DNA of 64,000 nucleotides from Leptogorgia sarmentosa (Eukaryota): NCBI GenBank assembly GCA_964658305.1, contig OZ210885.1, positions 1,054,001 to 1,118,000 of the forward strand, read 5' to 3'. Shown piece by piece: positions 60,477 to 64,000 of this stretch (position 1 is its first letter; each line of letters starts with the position of its first letter). The notes under the pieces were generated by a model. It saw only the letters and a program-made list of their open reading frames with translations, ran no database searches and was not told where the DNA came from. The position numbers and the translations under genes were made by a program.

Positions 60477-63052
60477 TTAAAGTTCATCTTTTTCATCCTG
60501 TTTGTCGTAATCACCATTGTTGTCATCAATACTAAAATTATGATATTCTTTATTATCATTATCCTCATCATAACCATCATTATCCTCTCCATGACCATAA
60601 CTATCCCCATCGCTACTATCATGACTATCATTATCCTGATCGTTATCATCGTCATCATCAAGTCCTGCTTTTTTCCTGTATTCTATATATGGTTCGAGAA
60701 CTGTGTCAAGATTTCGCTCTACTTCCTCTGTTGTTGCCATGTTTTCATTCTTAGAGGCGAAACCTTTAAAAAGCTAGAAAATCAATTCAAAGAATGACAT
60801 TTTAATCAGCGTTTAAACGTTGAAACATCAAACACATTTTTCTCGTTAAAACGTCGAATGCTGTTTAATTTCTTTATTGCATGTAGAAGGATAATATTTT
60901 TGTGTCAGCATTAAATGCCATCAACATAGGCGACAACCAGGATGAACAACTAATAACTTTCAGACCAAGCTCAGACGTTGAAATTTTCATGTGCCGAGTC
61001 TCCTGCAAATGAGCTCAAACAAAAAACTCTGGTCATTATTATCATTAGGTTCGGTACATGAATAGTTCGACTGAAGATGCGAATTTTTCCTGTTCTCTGC
61101 AGTATCAAATAAATATGGATCTAGTTTTTCATATCTCTACATGAGGGTGGTTCTCAAACTACTCTAAACATTATATTTGATGTCTTTTGGCAGGAATTTT
61201 ACCTGGACAGCAAATGTTTCGCTCCCTCCAAGATGCTTTAAAGAAAAGGAAAATAATATTAAAAAAAACTTTACTGCTACAGGTACTAAAAATACTACAA
61301 CTTGCTGCAGTTTTTTCAGGTGATAGATTTCACTAGAGATGTTTTCCATATTGAATTGAGCGCGAGGGTAAAAAAAAATATCGCGAGAGAGCAAATGATT
61401 TGAAATGACAATATTCGCCACCAAGGGCAAGACGAACACATATAGTGAACATATCTCTCACTCCGGTGACCATGTCTCAATTATATGACATCATGAAACC
61501 CAGGAATTGTTGTCTATTCAGTTTAGAGATTGATCCAGCGTGATTATCATGGTGCTACAACATTCATTAGCCATTCGCAGTTGAAAATGGTTTGACAGAG
61601 AAAGTTGAATATTGAACATCTAAATATTTAGTGTTATTATTTTTGGGGTTTATCATTAAAATCGCTTTGGTTGACTTTGATTGCACCATTAAACTACAAA
61701 ATTAAATATTAACGCCTCCCTCGAATAAACGCGACTCGCGTACGCACAAATTAATGAACGAATAACTCATGGCTATAGTTAAAGATCTGGGGCCAGTTGT
61801 ATAAGCCTCTCAACTACGTTTTAACTACCCGTTTCGCAGTTAAATGGTAGTCACTGTAACTTCGAAATACGCGTTTCTGATTGGTCAATTTTCGCACTTA
61901 ACTATAGTTAACTTTAATTACTTTCTACAACCGGCCCCTGGTGGAAAAAAGTATTAATAATAAGTTACGAACCTCTTGATAAGCTTTGACGAACTTGTCT
62001 AAAATAAGAGCATCGTCATCTTTCATCAGGGTATCAATCAATAATCTAGAAAAATAAACATTGTAATCTATAAATTTGTGTGAAGCATGCACCCAGCACA
62101 TTCGTTATTGTTATATAGTTGGTGTCAAAGTTCAATTTTCCTGTTTGCTGATTGGACAAAACCGTATCACGTGCCGGTCCACAAAACGTCATGTTCGCCA
62201 ACCGGTCAAAAATCAAAAAATTATTGACCGGGCAACAATTAAATGGGCACAATGCGCATGCGCGTCATCCGTGAAGTCCAAAGTTCATTCAATCGTACGA
62301 TGTTTTGAAATTTTTACGATGTTTTGATGGCGTAAGGAGTCCCATTCAATGTCTGTTTTTTGGTTTCAAGGTTCACTCCAGTATTAAACGGGTGAATTCA
62401 TTCATATTTTGACACTAAACTATATAACAAAACACTTATTTACTGAAACCTCGAGAAACATTGTGTTTTGTGGCCCCTCGACCGCCATTGTTGCCCTCGG
62501 CTTCGCCTCGGGCAACAACGGCGGTCTCGGGGCCACAAAACACAATGTTTCCCTCGGTATCAGTAAATAAGTGATAATTAATCCACTGTCACATCTATGA
62601 AAAGAAGAAAATCGCAGTACAAAGGGTATCAAGAAATAACTCGTGTGAACGGGCTTTAATAAGATCCGAATTCCATACATCATTATTAATAAATATACAT
62701 AAAAGTATTACTCGACTGTGATTGGTTCATTTCAGTGCAGTTAATCCAAAATCACAGTGCGATTTTCTGTAATCACAGTGCAACTTTCTGTAATCACAGT
62801 GTAATTTTGTGTAATCACAGTGCGATTTTCTGTAATCACAGTGCAATTTTCTGTTATCACTGTTCAAAGTTCAAACTAGTCCCTCACCTGATATCCTGTT
62901 CTCTTATGTAAGAATATTCATAAGTGTACATATTTGAAGGTTCATAACGTTCTAAGATCAGCAATAATTGTCGCAAATCGTCTTTGCTCAATGAGTCGAG
63001 AGTATCATCGCTGATGGCTCTCTCGCCATCCTTCGACAGGATGTTAAATATC
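60477..63052 (-). CDS. 3' part of an unknown multi-exon gene, possibly with an acidic tail
   Basis: In-phase exons ~63052-62888 (IFNILSKD...EQDIR) and ~62045-61973 (LLIDTLMKDD...KAYQE), candidate ~61236-61204, Asp-rich ORF 60740-60477; phase into the last exon unresolved. Confidence 0.5.
61790..61937. mobile_element. MITE with CTG TSD (Harbinger/PHIS-like)
   Basis: GGGCCAGTTGTA ... TACAACCGGCCC flanked by CTG on both sides. Confidence 0.7.
62428..62575. repeat. Palindromic MITE-like hairpin
   Basis: cacttatttactga...gaaacattgtgttttgtggccc / ggccacaaaacacaatgtttc...tcagtaaataagtg. Confidence 0.75.
62748..62862. repeat. 21-bp minisatellite, ~5 copies
   Basis: aatcacagtgcgattttctgt repeated. 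Confidence 0.9.
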
Positions 63053-63719
63053 TGTAAAATAACAAAAGTAGCCATATTTTTAAAATTTTTATATATGTAT
63101 AGCAACATTTTGGGTATTGTATTTCAAATGGGATTATTCGTATATTATTGGTTTGAATTTAAAACTGCAGTACCACGTGGCACTGAAACATTCGACGATA
63201 ATTTATCATATTCTTGCTTCTTTCTAAAACTTCTTTGGATTAAAAAAATCTTTGAAATTCCTAAACTTTAGAAACTGTATGGATGATGGTCTACCATAAT
63301 TATGTTTACAGCGGAAAGTTGTTTATCGGACTTTACCTACAGGAACTTTGGACCCTACAGGAACTTTGAAGTTTGGACGCTACCGCGAGTTTTAAAAGTC
63401 ATAAATTCTAACATCAAGTTGTAATACAGTAATAGTTTTGTACCATGCAGGTTTTATAAGTTTTCTTGTTTTTGACCAGGTTTTTTAATTTCTCTCAACA
63501 GTTTTGTACAAGGTTTTTTTACGCTCAGATATGACCAGGGCATGTAAATCAAGAAATGTCTAAAAAGAGATATATAGGCAACAACAATCTATATAAAATA
63601 TCTTACTTGCACCGATGCAGTTTCACGGTTTGTTTTCCAGTGGATAACTTCCTGCATAGAAAAAAAACTTGAATTGAATTGAAGTTGGCAACAGGGGGGA
63701 GGAGAGGGGGGTGTGTATA

Positions 63720-63866
63720 TTAAACAATTATTGAATGAGGTCGAGTAAGATATGAGGAATTATTAAGGCCGAGGTTTGTGTTATTCGCAGAAGCCGAAGA
63801 CAACACAAACCGAGGCCTTAAAATTCAGCATATCCTACGAGAACCGAATTCAATAATTGTTTTATT
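63720..63866. repeat. Palindromic MITE-like hairpin
   Basis: aaacaattattgaat...taaggccgaggtttgtgtt / aacacaaaccgaggcctta...attcaataattgttt. Confidence 0.75.
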
Positions 63867-64000
63867 AATTATTGTACACAAGAACCTTTATTTGAGAAAG
63901 CAATTTGTATTTTTCATGTATATTTGTGTTCTGCCCGAGGGATTTCTTTAGAAATCACTAATCAGTTGTTTTTTTTAATCAATTTAAAAAGTAATCCGTC

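Overview
AT-rich, intron-containing animal genomic DNA (cnidarian-like repeat landscape; inference only). The first ~31.5 kb is almost all mobile DNA in two nests whose junctions can be read directly. Nest 1 (2259-21217) has four levels. A Sola3-like long-TIR element (TTAA TSD) contains a hAT element with an intact 897-aa transposase (8-bp TSD). The hAT contains an IS3EU-like element (6-bp TSD) carrying a DDE integrase and a spliced SAM/coiled-coil/UBX/HECT ubiquitin-ligase gene. That gene is interrupted by a CRE-clade non-LTR retrotransposon (13-bp TSD). Nest 2 (24463-31363) is a TIR element whose terminal motif recurs in a 129-bp satellite. It contains an 8-bp-TSD element with a FAM60A-like Zn-finger remnant, which in turn contains a TIR element with no ordinary TSD. 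The second half holds host genes: a single-coding-exon helical protein resembling Hbl/Nhe/ClyA pore-formers, ILRUN/C6orf106 (with a 10-nt microexon), a cytosolic 5'-nucleotidase I, an intact-looking tRNA-Ile with a GAU anticodon (rare in eukaryotes), a GIY-YIG protein resembling plant EFFECTOR OF TRANSCRIPTION, a telobox-Myb (TRF-like) gene and a partial unknown gene. All family calls are by eye; no database searches were run.
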